A DNA stretch of 63,915 nt, the filler included, from Candidatus Woesearchaeota archaeon (GTDB taxonomy: Archaea; Nanobdellota; Nanobdellia; Woesearchaeales; JACPBO01), in assembly GCA_016180285.1 (NCBI GenBank). It is 5 parts of 5 records of this genome, joined end to end, with 100 filler letters (N's around TTAATTAATTAA, not from the genome) between each part and the next. Parts side by side here need not be neighbours in the genome. Positions count along the whole stretch, not along the records: positions 43,517 to 55,884 come from JACPBO010000029.1; positions 55,985 to 63,915 come from JACPBO010000014.1; 3 more parts are not named here. One strand, written 5' to 3'. The translations under genes and the position numbers were made by a program. Below are positions 48,093-56,946 of this stretch, piece after piece; position 1 is the first letter of the stretch; every line of letters starts with the position of its first letter. A model generated the notes under the pieces. It saw only the letters and a list, made by a program, of their open reading frames with translations, was not told the DNA's origin and searched no databases.

Positions 48093-48853
48093 GAAAGGCG
48101 GGCAAGATGAGAATATTCTATGATATAGATACGCAACACGATTTCATGAGTAAATTTGGAGCATTATACATTCCTGATGCAGAGTTGATTAAGCCAAATT
48201 TAAAGAAATTGACAGAACATGCAAAAGCACATGGAATACCTGTAATAGGCTCTGTTGACAGGCATTTTGGAACAGAGGAATACAAAGACAGGGAAGGAGA
48301 ACTGCAAAGATGGGGCGGACCTTTCCCAGACCATTGCATGGCCAAAACAGGCGGTGAAACAAAAATAGGAGAGACCTTGCTATATACGATAGGGTCCGGT
48401 AAACCTGCGGATTCAGCGATGACTGATAGGTATGGAGATAGAAGCATCTATATTCCGCATTTGTCAGAATCAATGGATGTTTGGGGTCAAACAGAATGGG
48501 CATTTAAAGTCGAGTGGTTTTCAATAAGATTTCAAAAAACTGAGGAAGAAGGTCACATATTTATCCCAACCTATTTTGAGAAACAAGCATATGACATATT
48601 CACAAATCCTGCACTTGGGCATGTCTTACATATAGAAAAACCAAAAGAAGCAATAGTCTACGGAGTTGCAACTGATTATTGCGTGAAGGCAGCAGTTCTA
48701 GGAATACAGCAAAGAGGGATTCAATGCTATGTTGTTGAAGATGCAATCAAGGGAGTTGATCCAAAAACAACTGAAGCAGCTATTGAAGAAATGAAAAAAG
48801 CAGGGGCCAAATTCATCAATACAAAAAAAGTTTTGGAGGAGATTGTAAGATAA
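48089..48853 (+). CDS. pncA: Nicotinamidase (isochorismatase family) with internal insertion
   Basis: DIDTQHDF, GALY, DRH, FPDHC, EK, GVATDYCV, DAIKGV. Confidence 0.88.
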   Translation: MRKAGKMRIFYDIDTQHDFMSKFGALYIPDAELIKPNLKKLTEHAKAHGIPVIGSVDRHFGTEEYKDREGELQRWGGPFPDHCMAKTGGETKIGETLLYTIGSGKPADSAMTDRYGDRSIYIPHLSESMDVWGQTEWAFKVEWFSIRFQKTEEEGHIFIPTYFEKQAYDIFTNPALGHVLHIEKPKEAIVYGVATDYCVKAAVLGIQQRGIQCYVVEDAIKGVDPKTTEAAIEEMKKAGAKFINTKKVLEEIVR

Positions 48854-48864
48854 AGGTGTTTAAC

Positions 48865-49734
48865 ATGGAAGTGCAAACATACAGCATCGTCATAGGAACT
48901 GAGGCATGTAATGCAAGCTGCCCTTATTGCGTATCTAAAATGACCCCTCAGTTGGGTGTTGAAAATAAACACGTAGATGTTAACTGGAGAAATTTTGACA
49001 TAGCAGCAAGATACGCTAAAGATTGTGGTGCATCCACTGTGCTTTTAACAGGAAAAGGAGAGCCAACCTTGTTTCCAGAGCTTATAACAGACTATATGAA
49101 ACATTTGAAAGACTATAAATTCCCTTTTACCGAGCTTCAAACAAACGGCATAACTTTGGCAGAACCAGCTTATGACAAATACCTTAAAGAATGGTACGAT
49201 CATGGCATGACCTTGGTAGCGATTTCAATAGCGCATTATGATGCAGAGAAAAACAGAGAAATCTATCTGCCAAAAAGAAAACAATATTTTGATTTAGAAG
49301 GTCTGATAAGCAAACTTCATTCGCAAAAATTTGGTGTAAGATTGTCATGCACGATGCTTAAAGAGTATATTGATGATATTACCGAATTAGAGGAATTAGT
49401 GCGGTTTGCAAAAAAGAATGATGTAGAGCAGCTGACACTAAGGCCAGTAAGAAAACCAGAGTCAAGCAGGAACGATGAAATTTCTGATTGGGTTGGCAAG
49501 CATGCTGTTGATAATGATGCCCTTAAACGCATAAAAGATCATCTTGATACAAATGCCACTCTGCTCATGGAGCTTGCGCATGGCGCTGCAGTGTACGATC
49601 TTGGCGGCCAGAATATATGCTTTACTGATGCGCTAACAATTGACCCGAAATCAAGCCAGATCAGGCAGCTAATATTTTTTCCTGACGGCCATCTTAGGTA
49701 TGATTGGCAATACCAGGGGGCGATCTTGCTATGA
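48865..49734 (+). CDS. Radical SAM enzyme of unknown function (no SPASM)
   Basis: CNASCPYC, TGKGEP, ELQTNG; AAGGTG RBS before ATG at 48865. Confidence 0.88.
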   Translation: MEVQTYSIVIGTEACNASCPYCVSKMTPQLGVENKHVDVNWRNFDIAARYAKDCGASTVLLTGKGEPTLFPELITDYMKHLKDYKFPFTELQTNGITLAEPAYDKYLKEWYDHGMTLVAISIAHYDAEKNREIYLPKRKQYFDLEGLISKLHSQKFGVRLSCTMLKEYIDDITELEELVRFAKKNDVEQLTLRPVRKPESSRNDEISDWVGKHAVDNDALKRIKDHLDTNATLLMELAHGAAVYDLGGQNICFTDALTIDPKSSQIRQLIFFPDGHLRYDWQYQGAILL

Positions 49735-50675
49735 AACAATTAAAAACAATGAAAGCAGTATATAGCTATTATTTTCCAGAAGTTAAAAGATTAATAGATG
49801 ATTTAATTATTGATTATCCTCATGAAATGTTTTTGACGTCAAGCAATGTTGACTTAGATTATTTTCATGAGCCTGTCATTGAAAAATTATTAAAGTTTTA
49901 TGCAAATGTTGTACCTGATTTAAAAAACTTTGAATTTAGCTACCCCACTTCCGGCTCAAGCGAAGGCATTAGAGAGTATTTAACTTTATTGCAATCTAAA
50001 GGAGTTAATCAAATTTATGTGCTGAAAGGCGAATATGAGGGCTTCAAAGAAACTGCTAAAACCAGAAATATCGCTGCTGTTGAAATTGATTTAGAAAAAA
50101 TATCGCCATCTAGACTGGAAAAAGGATTATGGTTTATATCCAACCCTTCGGCTAGGGATGGCAATATAATTCCTAACAAAACGATAATGGAAATATGCGA
50201 CTCGGGGCACAAAATATTTTACGATCTATCTTATGCAGGTTCCACTACGCAGTATGAATTTGGCATTAATCATAAAAATGTAGAAGCCGCCGCGATATCG
50301 TTGAGCAAGCCATTTGGATTATTCCGCTATAGAGTGGGATTTACTTTTAGCAGAAATGAGATTCCCTCACTTTACTCCAATAAATGGTTTAAAAGTATTC
50401 CTGCCCTTTTAATCGCAGAAAGGATTTTTGATAATATGAAGATTGATGAATTATACGCTAAATACAGGCCAGTTCAGAAAAAAATTATTGAAGAGATCAA
50501 TGACGAGTTTAAGCTAGCTATACAACCTAGCGATGCAATACTTTTAGGCTACTTGCCAAAAGATGACGCCGCCAAGCTTAATCCAACTTTACAGGAATTA
50601 ATAGCTCCTTTTGAGAGAGGCGATAATTATAGGTTTTGTTTGACTCCGTATTATGAGGAAAAAGAAAGAGGATGA
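49731..50675 (+). CDS. Fold-type I PLP-dependent enzyme (aminotransferase-like, divergent)
   Basis: TSGSSEGI, ISNPSARDGN, YDLSY, SLSKPFGLFRYRVG (Schiff-base Lys); ATGA overlap with radical SAM stop. Confidence 0.78.
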   Translation: MKQLKTMKAVYSYYFPEVKRLIDDLIIDYPHEMFLTSSNVDLDYFHEPVIEKLLKFYANVVPDLKNFEFSYPTSGSSEGIREYLTLLQSKGVNQIYVLKGEYEGFKETAKTRNIAAVEIDLEKISPSRLEKGLWFISNPSARDGNIIPNKTIMEICDSGHKIFYDLSYAGSTTQYEFGINHKNVEAAAISLSKPFGLFRYRVGFTFSRNEIPSLYSNKWFKSIPALLIAERIFDNMKIDELYAKYRPVQKKIIEEINDEFKLAIQPSDAILLGYLPKDDAAKLNPTLQELIAPFERGDNYRFCLTPYYEEKERG

Positions 50676-50681
50676 TGAAAA

Positions 50682-52649
50682 ATGAAAATCGCACTAGCGC
50701 AGATGGAAGTTATTCCAAACAGGCCAGATAAGAATCTGGAAACCATGATAAGGATGATTGAAGAGGCCAAGCAAAAGAAAGTTGATCTGATTGCATTCCC
50801 GGAAATGTGCATTGGCGGCTACTTATTGGGAGATATGTGGCTGAATGACGATTTCTGCAAGGATTTGATGGAATATAATGAAGAGATCAGAAAAGCAAGC
50901 AGCGGCATAGCAATAGCTTTCGGAAATATTTTCCTTGATGAGCATATTAATGACAGGGTTAAAGATAGCGCACTTCACCCAAATAAAGATGGCAGAATAA
51001 GGAGATATAATGCGGTTTATGTTGTACAAAATCAGGAATATGTTGAAAGAGCAAGGGAAACAAAGATTTTACCTAAAGGTGCAGAGCCCAAAACACTGCT
51101 GCCTAATTACAGGATCTTTGATGATGAAAGATATTTCTTTTCGCTGGAAGACATTGCAAAGGACTTTAATGTGGGCCTTGAATCTTTGAAACAGCCTTTC
51201 CTGATAGAACTCAATGGCAAAAAGGTTCCAATAGGGTTTGAGCTTTGCGAAGATTTATGGTGCGAAGATTATAGAAGAAAAGGAAAAGCGCAAAACCCTA
51301 CAAAAATGCTGATCGATAATGGCGCAGATTTAATGGTTAATTTATCGGCATCGCCATGGACGCATGGGAAGAACAGCGCAAGGGACAGGCGGGTTCAGTT
51401 CTTAAAGCAGGAATCAGGAAATGGCTTTGTTCCTTTTCTCTATGTTAACTGCATTGGTGTCCAGAATAATGGAAAAAACCTTGTTACTTTTGATGGCGGA
51501 TCAACTGCATACAATGCTGATGGTAAGCCAATTATGCTGAGCAAAGAAGCATACAAAGAAGAGCTGATGATTATTGGCTGCTTTGATGCAAAAGAAGTTG
51601 AAAGAAAAGAAGAGCCAAAGATAGCGCAAAAATACAAGGCAATAGTGGAAGGAATAAGGCACGTGAAAGATCTTTTTGGGCGAGAAGAGCATCCAAGGCA
51701 TGTAATTGGCTTAAGCGGAGGAATTGACAGCGCTGTAGTTGCTGCATTATTAACGCAGGCAGTTGGCAGGGAAAATGTTTGCGCAGTTAATATGCCTACA
51801 AAGTATAATTCTGAAAAAACAAAACAAACAGCAGAAAGAGTCGCTGAAAGCCTGGGAATTGCATATATGCAGCTTCCAATAGAAGAAATTGTAAAATTAA
51901 ATGAAGCTCTTCTTGAGAATATAGAAGCCGATGGAAAAGCCAAGCTATCAACATTAAACAAGGAAAATATTCAGGCAAAGATAAGGGGAACTTCGATATT
52001 ATCAAATCTTGCCTCAAAATATGGTGCATTGTTTACGTGCAACGGCAATAAACTGGAAATTGCTGTTGGCTACGTTACCCTTTATGGCGATGTTGGCGGA
52101 GCTTATGCCCCAATAGGAGACCTGACCAAAGCAGAGATAGTTGAACTTGCCAAATACATCAATAAAGAAGTATTCAAGAAAGAAGTAATCCCGGAAATAC
52201 TCATTCCGGATGATCTATTCAGATTTAGAAAAGAGCAGATACAGCCAAGCGCAGAATTAGAGTACAACCAAGTTGATCCTATGAAATTCGGCTATCATTG
52301 TGCATTGCTGGAGGCATTTACGGATTATAAAAAGAAGACTCCGGAAGATGCACTCAGGTGGTATATTGCCGGCGTTCTTGAAAAGAATCTTGGAATAAGC
52401 GCCGAGATGATTAAGAGGTATGGTGTTGATGATCCTAGGAAATTTGTTGAAGACATGGAGTGGCTCGTCAGCGGCATTCAAAAAAATGTTTTCAAGCGCA
52501 TTCAGTCGCCGCCGATTATACTGACAAGCAAGTCTGCCTATGGCTATGACATCAGGGAAAGTATGATTCCCTTCAGGCAAACAAAAGAATATGATAGGTT
52601 GAGGGAACACATATTGGGGATGAAAAAATATCAGACCAGTGGCGAATAA
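50682..52649 (+). CDS. nadE: Glutamine-dependent NAD+ synthetase
   Basis: Nitrilase domain FPEMCIGGY, KTLLPNY..FDDERYF, LCEDLW; synthetase GLSGGIDS, ENIQAKIRG, GYVTLYGD, PSAEL. Confidence 0.95.
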   Translation: MKIALAQMEVIPNRPDKNLETMIRMIEEAKQKKVDLIAFPEMCIGGYLLGDMWLNDDFCKDLMEYNEEIRKASSGIAIAFGNIFLDEHINDRVKDSALHPNKDGRIRRYNAVYVVQNQEYVERARETKILPKGAEPKTLLPNYRIFDDERYFFSLEDIAKDFNVGLESLKQPFLIELNGKKVPIGFELCEDLWCEDYRRKGKAQNPTKMLIDNGADLMVNLSASPWTHGKNSARDRRVQFLKQESGNGFVPFLYVNCIGVQNNGKNLVTFDGGSTAYNADGKPIMLSKEAYKEELMIIGCFDAKEVERKEEPKIAQKYKAIVEGIRHVKDLFGREEHPRHVIGLSGGIDSAVVAALLTQAVGRENVCAVNMPTKYNSEKTKQTAERVAESLGIAYMQLPIEEIVKLNEALLENIEADGKAKLSTLNKENIQAKIRGTSILSNLASKYGALFTCNGNKLEIAVGYVTLYGDVGGAYAPIGDLTKAEIVELAKYINKEVFKKEVIPEILIPDDLFRFRKEQIQPSAELEYNQVDPMKFGYHCALLEAFTDYKKKTPEDALRWYIAGVLEKNLGISAEMIKRYGVDDPRKFVEDMEWLVSGIQKNVFKRIQSPPIILTSKSAYGYDIRESMIPFRQTKEYDRLREHILGMKKYQTSGE

Positions 52650-52652
52650 AAA

Positions 52653-53186
52653 ATGAAAGCGTTAGTTATCGGAAGATTCCAGCCAGTGCACAAAGGCCAC
52701 ATAGCATTGATCGAGGATGTTGATGCCCTTAAGCTAGAAAAAATAATCCTGGGAATAGGCGAAGAAGGAAAAAATAGAACGCCAAAGAATCCCTTTTATT
52801 TTGATGAAATCAGGGCAATGTGGCTGCCTAACCTGGAAAAGCTGATAACGCCAGTTGAGATGTACAAAATACCTGACATAAATAACAACGAAGATTACGC
52901 AAACTATGTTGAAAAAATAACTGGCTGCAATGAAGAAGATACAATCATTGTATCTGGCAATGCCCATACATTGGGCTGCTTTACTAATTACGGTAAAAAT
53001 TACAGAGCATATATGCCGCAAAGATCTGATAATGGCGATGGCCGCCTTTGCGGAACAAAAATCCGGGAGAGGGTTAAAGCAGGCGGCCCATGGCAGACTT
53101 ATGTTCCTGAATCAACAATGGCTGTTATTGAAAAAATAAACGGAGCAGACATTATAAAATATACTGGTGGTGAAAATGCCAACTGA
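52653..53186 (+). CDS. nadM: Nicotinamide/nicotinate-nucleotide adenylyltransferase
   Basis: IGRFQPVHKGH, KNPF, CGTKIR...W..YVP. Confidence 0.88.
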   Translation: MKALVIGRFQPVHKGHIALIEDVDALKLEKIILGIGEEGKNRTPKNPFYFDEIRAMWLPNLEKLITPVEMYKIPDINNNEDYANYVEKITGCNEEDTIIVSGNAHTLGCFTNYGKNYRAYMPQRSDNGDGRLCGTKIRERVKAGGPWQTYVPESTMAVIEKINGADIIKYTGGENAN

Positions 53187-53240
53187 AAAAATACGCAAGA
53201 GCAAAGAAACTGCAAAAGCATGGTTCAAGGTGCGGTTAAA

Positions 53241-53780
53241 ATGAAAGGCCTGTCAATGCTCGGTAAAAATGATGAGCTTATTTATGATGGCCACGTAAAG
53301 CTGGTAAGAAGAAAATATGACGGCCGCCATTATGATGTTGTTGTTTCAAAAAACGCCTGCGCCATAATGTACATTGACCAGGAAGATTTTGTTTGGCTTG
53401 TTAAGCAATACAGGATTCCTGTAGCTAAAGAAATAATTGAGCTTCCAGCAGAGACCATGGATAAGCCAGGCAAATCCTCTTTGGATGTTATTGTTGAAGG
53501 ATTAGAAGAGGAATGCGGAATAAGGATAGACCAAAAACAAGTCCGTTTTTTTGCAACAATTGGCTCAAGTGAAGGCCACGATACTGAAATGGTTGATTTG
53601 TATTACGCCTATGGCCAGCATACAAAAACAAATCAAAAGCTGGAAGACGCAGAAAAGATTGATGTTGTCAGGATTCCATTTTATCAGGCGTATAATATGA
53701 TCGGCAGAGGCGAAATTCAGGGATCAAAAACTGTCGCTTTGCTGCAAAACGAATATATAAAAAGACTGGAGAAAGATTAA
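53241..53780 (+). CDS. NudF-like (ADP-ribose pyrophosphatase-type) Nudix hydrolase with degenerate Nudix box
   Basis: LVKQYR.P...IIELPAE, LEEECG, LED.EKI; AAGGTG RBS. Confidence 0.75.
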   Translation: MKGLSMLGKNDELIYDGHVKLVRRKYDGRHYDVVVSKNACAIMYIDQEDFVWLVKQYRIPVAKEIIELPAETMDKPGKSSLDVIVEGLEEECGIRIDQKQVRFFATIGSSEGHDTEMVDLYYAYGQHTKTNQKLEDAEKIDVVRIPFYQAYNMIGRGEIQGSKTVALLQNEYIKRLEKD

Positions 53781-53923
53781 AAATAATTATAAAACGTTTA
53801 TTTTTATAAAATATATACGAGATAATGGTCATTTACAAACAGGATGAAAACTTCCTGACATCTTAGAAAGGCAGAAATATTCGGGAACAGGCCAGACAAC
53901 GCTGACAGTGTATTAATAAATTC

Positions 53924-53972
53924 TTGAGCACCGTAATGCCATCCAGTCTATGACTGGTGGATAGGTGCTCAA
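53924..53972. repeat. Palindromic element resembling an IS200/IS605-type end hairpin
   Basis: TTGAGCACC...CCAtCCAGTC-tat-GACTGGtGG...GGTGCTCAA. Confidence 0.45.
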
Positions 53973-54117
53973 CTATAATTATTTTACTTTAAGAAAATTC
54001 ATCAGTGGAAAACGGGTTTCAATCCGTTCTACTGTTTATAAGCTTTTCGATTTATCACTACTTTTAAAATACGACAAAATAGGAAGATTTATAAATCAGT
54101 AATATAATCCAACATAA

Positions 54118-54522
54118 ATGCAAGGCAAATTGACAAGTCAAGCAAAAGCTGAAGAGCAGCATACACTAAAAGTAAATCATTCTCAATTCTTCCTATTAGG
54201 CCCAGACTACAAACAAAGAGGATTTTTCAGCTATAGAGGCGAAAAAGCAGCTGGTGGCTTTGATGCATATGAATCCCGAACGAAGGAACCAAGAAAATGG
54301 AATGATCACCCTATATTTCCAACTCTGATCAGCGTTGAATATAGATTATTGGATGATGCAAGAACAGATGCAACTGATTTCTCAGTACCTGAAGACAGGA
54401 CTGTAATACAACCACTCTATTTGGGACCCAAACACACAATAATACTCGAGATAATTGCTGCAAGTGCTTCAGAAATAAAGTTTGTAAATCGAACACACCA
54501 AGAAATAGCTCGGTTCGAGTAA
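54118..54522 (+). CDS. Hypothetical protein
   Basis: 134-aa ORF after TTTATAAA box. Confidence 0.55.
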   Translation: MQGKLTSQAKAEEQHTLKVNHSQFFLLGPDYKQRGFFSYRGEKAAGGFDAYESRTKEPRKWNDHPIFPTLISVEYRLLDDARTDATDFSVPEDRTVIQPLYLGPKHTIILEIIAASASEIKFVNRTHQEIARFE

Positions 54523-54610
54523 ACCTTTCTTTTACCTTATGTTGCTGTCAGAGTTTAATTTGCTCCATCATTTATGTCGTTACAAAAAAACCGAAAGATT
54601 TATATAGTTG

Positions 54611-54631
54611 TAAGTGTATATAATACACTAA
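54611..54631. promoter_or_regulatory. Candidate NrtR operator 3 (nadK-nadA promoter)
   Basis: TAAGTGTAT-ATA-ATACACTAA, 4 nt downstream of TTTATATA. Confidence 0.78.
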
Positions 54632-54639
54632 GGCATAAG

Positions 54640-55384
54640 ATGAGAGCTGCGATAGTGGATAAAGGAAGCAGTTTAGAAGAGCATAAGAGCACGATTTCTC
54701 TAATTGAAAGGCTGTTGAAAAAACACAGATCTTCTTACGAGATAATAGCCAAAGACGAGTTAAAGAAAAATCTGGATGATTTTGATCTGGTAATGGGGAG
54801 ACGGAACATTGCTCTATGCAGCATCTTTTATTGACTCTGCTTTAGTGCTGGCTGTTAACTCTGCTCCGCAGCATAGTGTTGGCAGCTTGACATCCGCTAA
54901 TGCATCTGATTTAGAAGAGAAATTAGGCAGATTTTACAAAGGTGATTTTTCTGTATTGAGCAGAACAAGACTGAATGTCGAAATTAATTCAAAACACGCA
55001 GGATTGGCTTTAAATGATGTTTACATAGGAAGCATAAAGCCTTTTGGAATAGCTGCAAGATATGCAATAAAGGTTGATGGCAAAGAAGAAGAGCAAAAAA
55101 GCTCGGGCATTATTGTTTCGACCGGAACCGGATCAACAGCAATGTTCAAGCATTTTGGAAAAGCATTTAAAGCATATGCTTGTTATGCCAAATATGCTGT
55201 CAGTTTTCCTATTGGAAAGTATGAGCTTATCAGCGGGAAAGTTAAGGAAATAACAGTAATTTCAGGCATGACTAAAAACGATTTGTTAACAATTGATGGA
55301 TGGACAGATTTTAATTATGGCCATAAATCTGTAATAAGAGTCAGCATTGCAGACAAGCCGTTAAGGACAATAGAGTTTGGTTAA
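54640..55384 (+). pseudogene. nadK: NAD kinase, frameshifted at the GGDGT motif (about 54790-54800)
   Basis: Frame 1 ...DFDLVM; next frame (W)GDGTLLYAAS...VNS...SVG.L...ALNDVY...SSGIIVSTGTGSTA. Confidence 0.82.
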
Positions 55385-55385
55385 A

Positions 55386-55884
55386 ATGGATGAAAAAACA
55401 TTAATCCAAAAAATAAACAAATTGAAGAAAAAGAAAGATGCAGTTATACTGGTCCATAATTACCAGCGGCCGGAAATCTACAAAGTGGCTGATTTTATCG
55501 GCGACTCGCTTGAACTCAGCAGAAAAGCAGCTGAGACTGATGCGAAGATCATTGTATTCTGCGGAGTTGATTTCATGGCAGAATCCGCAAAAATACTGAA
55601 TCCTGAAAAGAAAGTGCTGCTGCCTGCTTTGGAGGCAAAATGCCCGATGGCTGCAATGGTTACAGCAGAAGAATTGCTGAAAGAAAAAAGCAAATATAAA
55701 GATGCAGCAGTTGTTTCGTACATAAACACAACAGCAGAAGTAAAGGCAGTCTCGGATATTTGCTGCACTTCTTCAAATGCAGTCAAGGTTGTTAACTCGC
55801 TTAAAGAAAAAAACATTATTTTTGTTCCTGACAGGAATCTCGCAGATTACGCTGCAAGATTTACAAACAAAAAAATAATTCCGT
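55386..55884 (+). CDS. nadA: Quinolinate synthase, 3'-truncated
   Basis: [49 protein letters not shown]. Confidence 0.95.
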
Positions 55885-55984
55885 NNNNNNNNNNNNNNNN
55901 NNNNNNNNNNNNNNNNNNNNNNNNNNNNTTAATTAATTAANNNNNNNNNNNNNNNNNNNNNNNNNNNNNNNNNNNNNNNNNNNN
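55885..55984. other. Artificial contig linker
   Basis: N44-TTAATTAATTAA-N44. Confidence 0.97.
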
Positions 55985-56467
55985 CAAAAACAATCACAAA
56001 AGCAAAAAACTGATTTTACACTAATGCTTGAGAAAGAAGGAATTGACTTGAATACATATTCAAAAAATGTTTTATATATGGAAGTTCCAGAAGAAGGTAA
56101 GGATATACTATCAACATCTACGTTAGTACTATACAAAAACAAAGAAGGAGCTGGTTCATTTGTAATGTACAGATTCAAGCATGAAGGGTTTGATGGAAAA
56201 AAAGAAACAATCGAGGCTTTTGACCTCAACAACGACGGGTTAGTTGGATTAACCGACCAAAACGGAAAAACCGATAATAGTATTGATAACCTCTTTGTAA
56301 CTAGGATGGAATTTACTCCAACAGATTGTATAAAGAGGGCGGTAGATAAAGACGACCCTCTATATGAAGAAACATATAAAAAAATGTTAGAGATATATGC
56401 GCATCTGGGTGAAAAATCAAGAAAGATATTAACCGACGAGGGGTATACGCCATTAACTAAAAGATAA
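55985..56467 (+). CDS. Hypothetical protein (5'-truncated) with DxNxDG Ca-binding-like loop
   Basis: Frame open from contig start; FDLNNDGLVG. Confidence 0.55.
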   Translation, partial: QKQSQKQKTDFTLMLEKEGIDLNTYSKNVLYMEVPEEGKDILSTSTLVLYKNKEGAGSFVMYRFKHEGFDGKKETIEAFDLNNDGLVGLTDQNGKTDNSIDNLFVTRMEFTPTDCIKRAVDKDDPLYEETYKKMLEIYAHLGEKSRKILTDEGYTPLTKR

Positions 56468-56483
56468 CCAAGAATGCAGTTTA

Positions 56484-56810
56484 CTAAACTCTTTTCATCT
56501 TTTTCTTTTCTAAAAATTCCCTTACCCTATTGTCAATCTTCGGCGCTGCCTTTTTCCCAAGCCCATAATACACTTTCTCAGCTTCACTTCCCCACGAATA
56601 CTCCCCTTTTTCGGTTTTAACCTGCTCAACCTGTATCTCTCCTGTCTGAATTCCTTTTTTAAGGTGATAATAAATTGACCTCATTGTAACCTTCGGGAAT
56701 ATCTCCCTATATGCATTGTAAATCTCATAGCCATATCCCTCTTTAATAAAATAAAGAATTTCTACAATATTCTGCCTTATTTCGCTTTTTACCGGACGTC
56801 CTCGTGGCAT
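56484..56810 (-). CDS. PadR-like winged-helix protein
   Basis: IVEIL......YGYEIY..Y......T.RSIYYHLKK, wing ...KVYY.L. Confidence 0.7.
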   Translation of the reverse strand: MPRGRPVKSEIRQNIVEILYFIKEGYGYEIYNAYREIFPKVTMRSIYYHLKKGIQTGEIQVEQVKTEKGEYSWGSEAEKVYYGLGKKAAPKIDNRVREFLEKKKMKRV

Positions 56811-56946
56811 GTTTTTAGTTTTTATTTATTTTTTATTTAAATCTTTTGTTTTTATTTTCAATAGTGAAAATAAATAGTTTGAAAAATGAAACATTTATAT
56901 ACATAAACGTATTAAACACATTAAACATAATGCAAATGGTGAAAAA

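Noticed and set aside
48865..49734. Calling the radical SAM protein viperin, MoaA or QueE
   Set aside because: No family-specific motifs recognised and no C-terminal Cys cluster; left as unknown.
46532..53780. Phage NARP1/NARP2 NAD reconstitution pathway or a provirus
   Set aside because: The enzymes are PncA/PncB/NadM/NadE, not Adps-Namat or Nampt-Nmnat; no viral genes are seen.
54011..54028. ATTGAAAC (minus strand), resembling a CRISPR repeat end
   Set aside because: Single occurrence inside a hairpin; no array.
18283..55984. Recurring TTAATTAATTAA flanked by Ns
   Set aside because: Artificial six-frame-stop contig linker; ORFs and gene neighbourhoods crossing it are not real.
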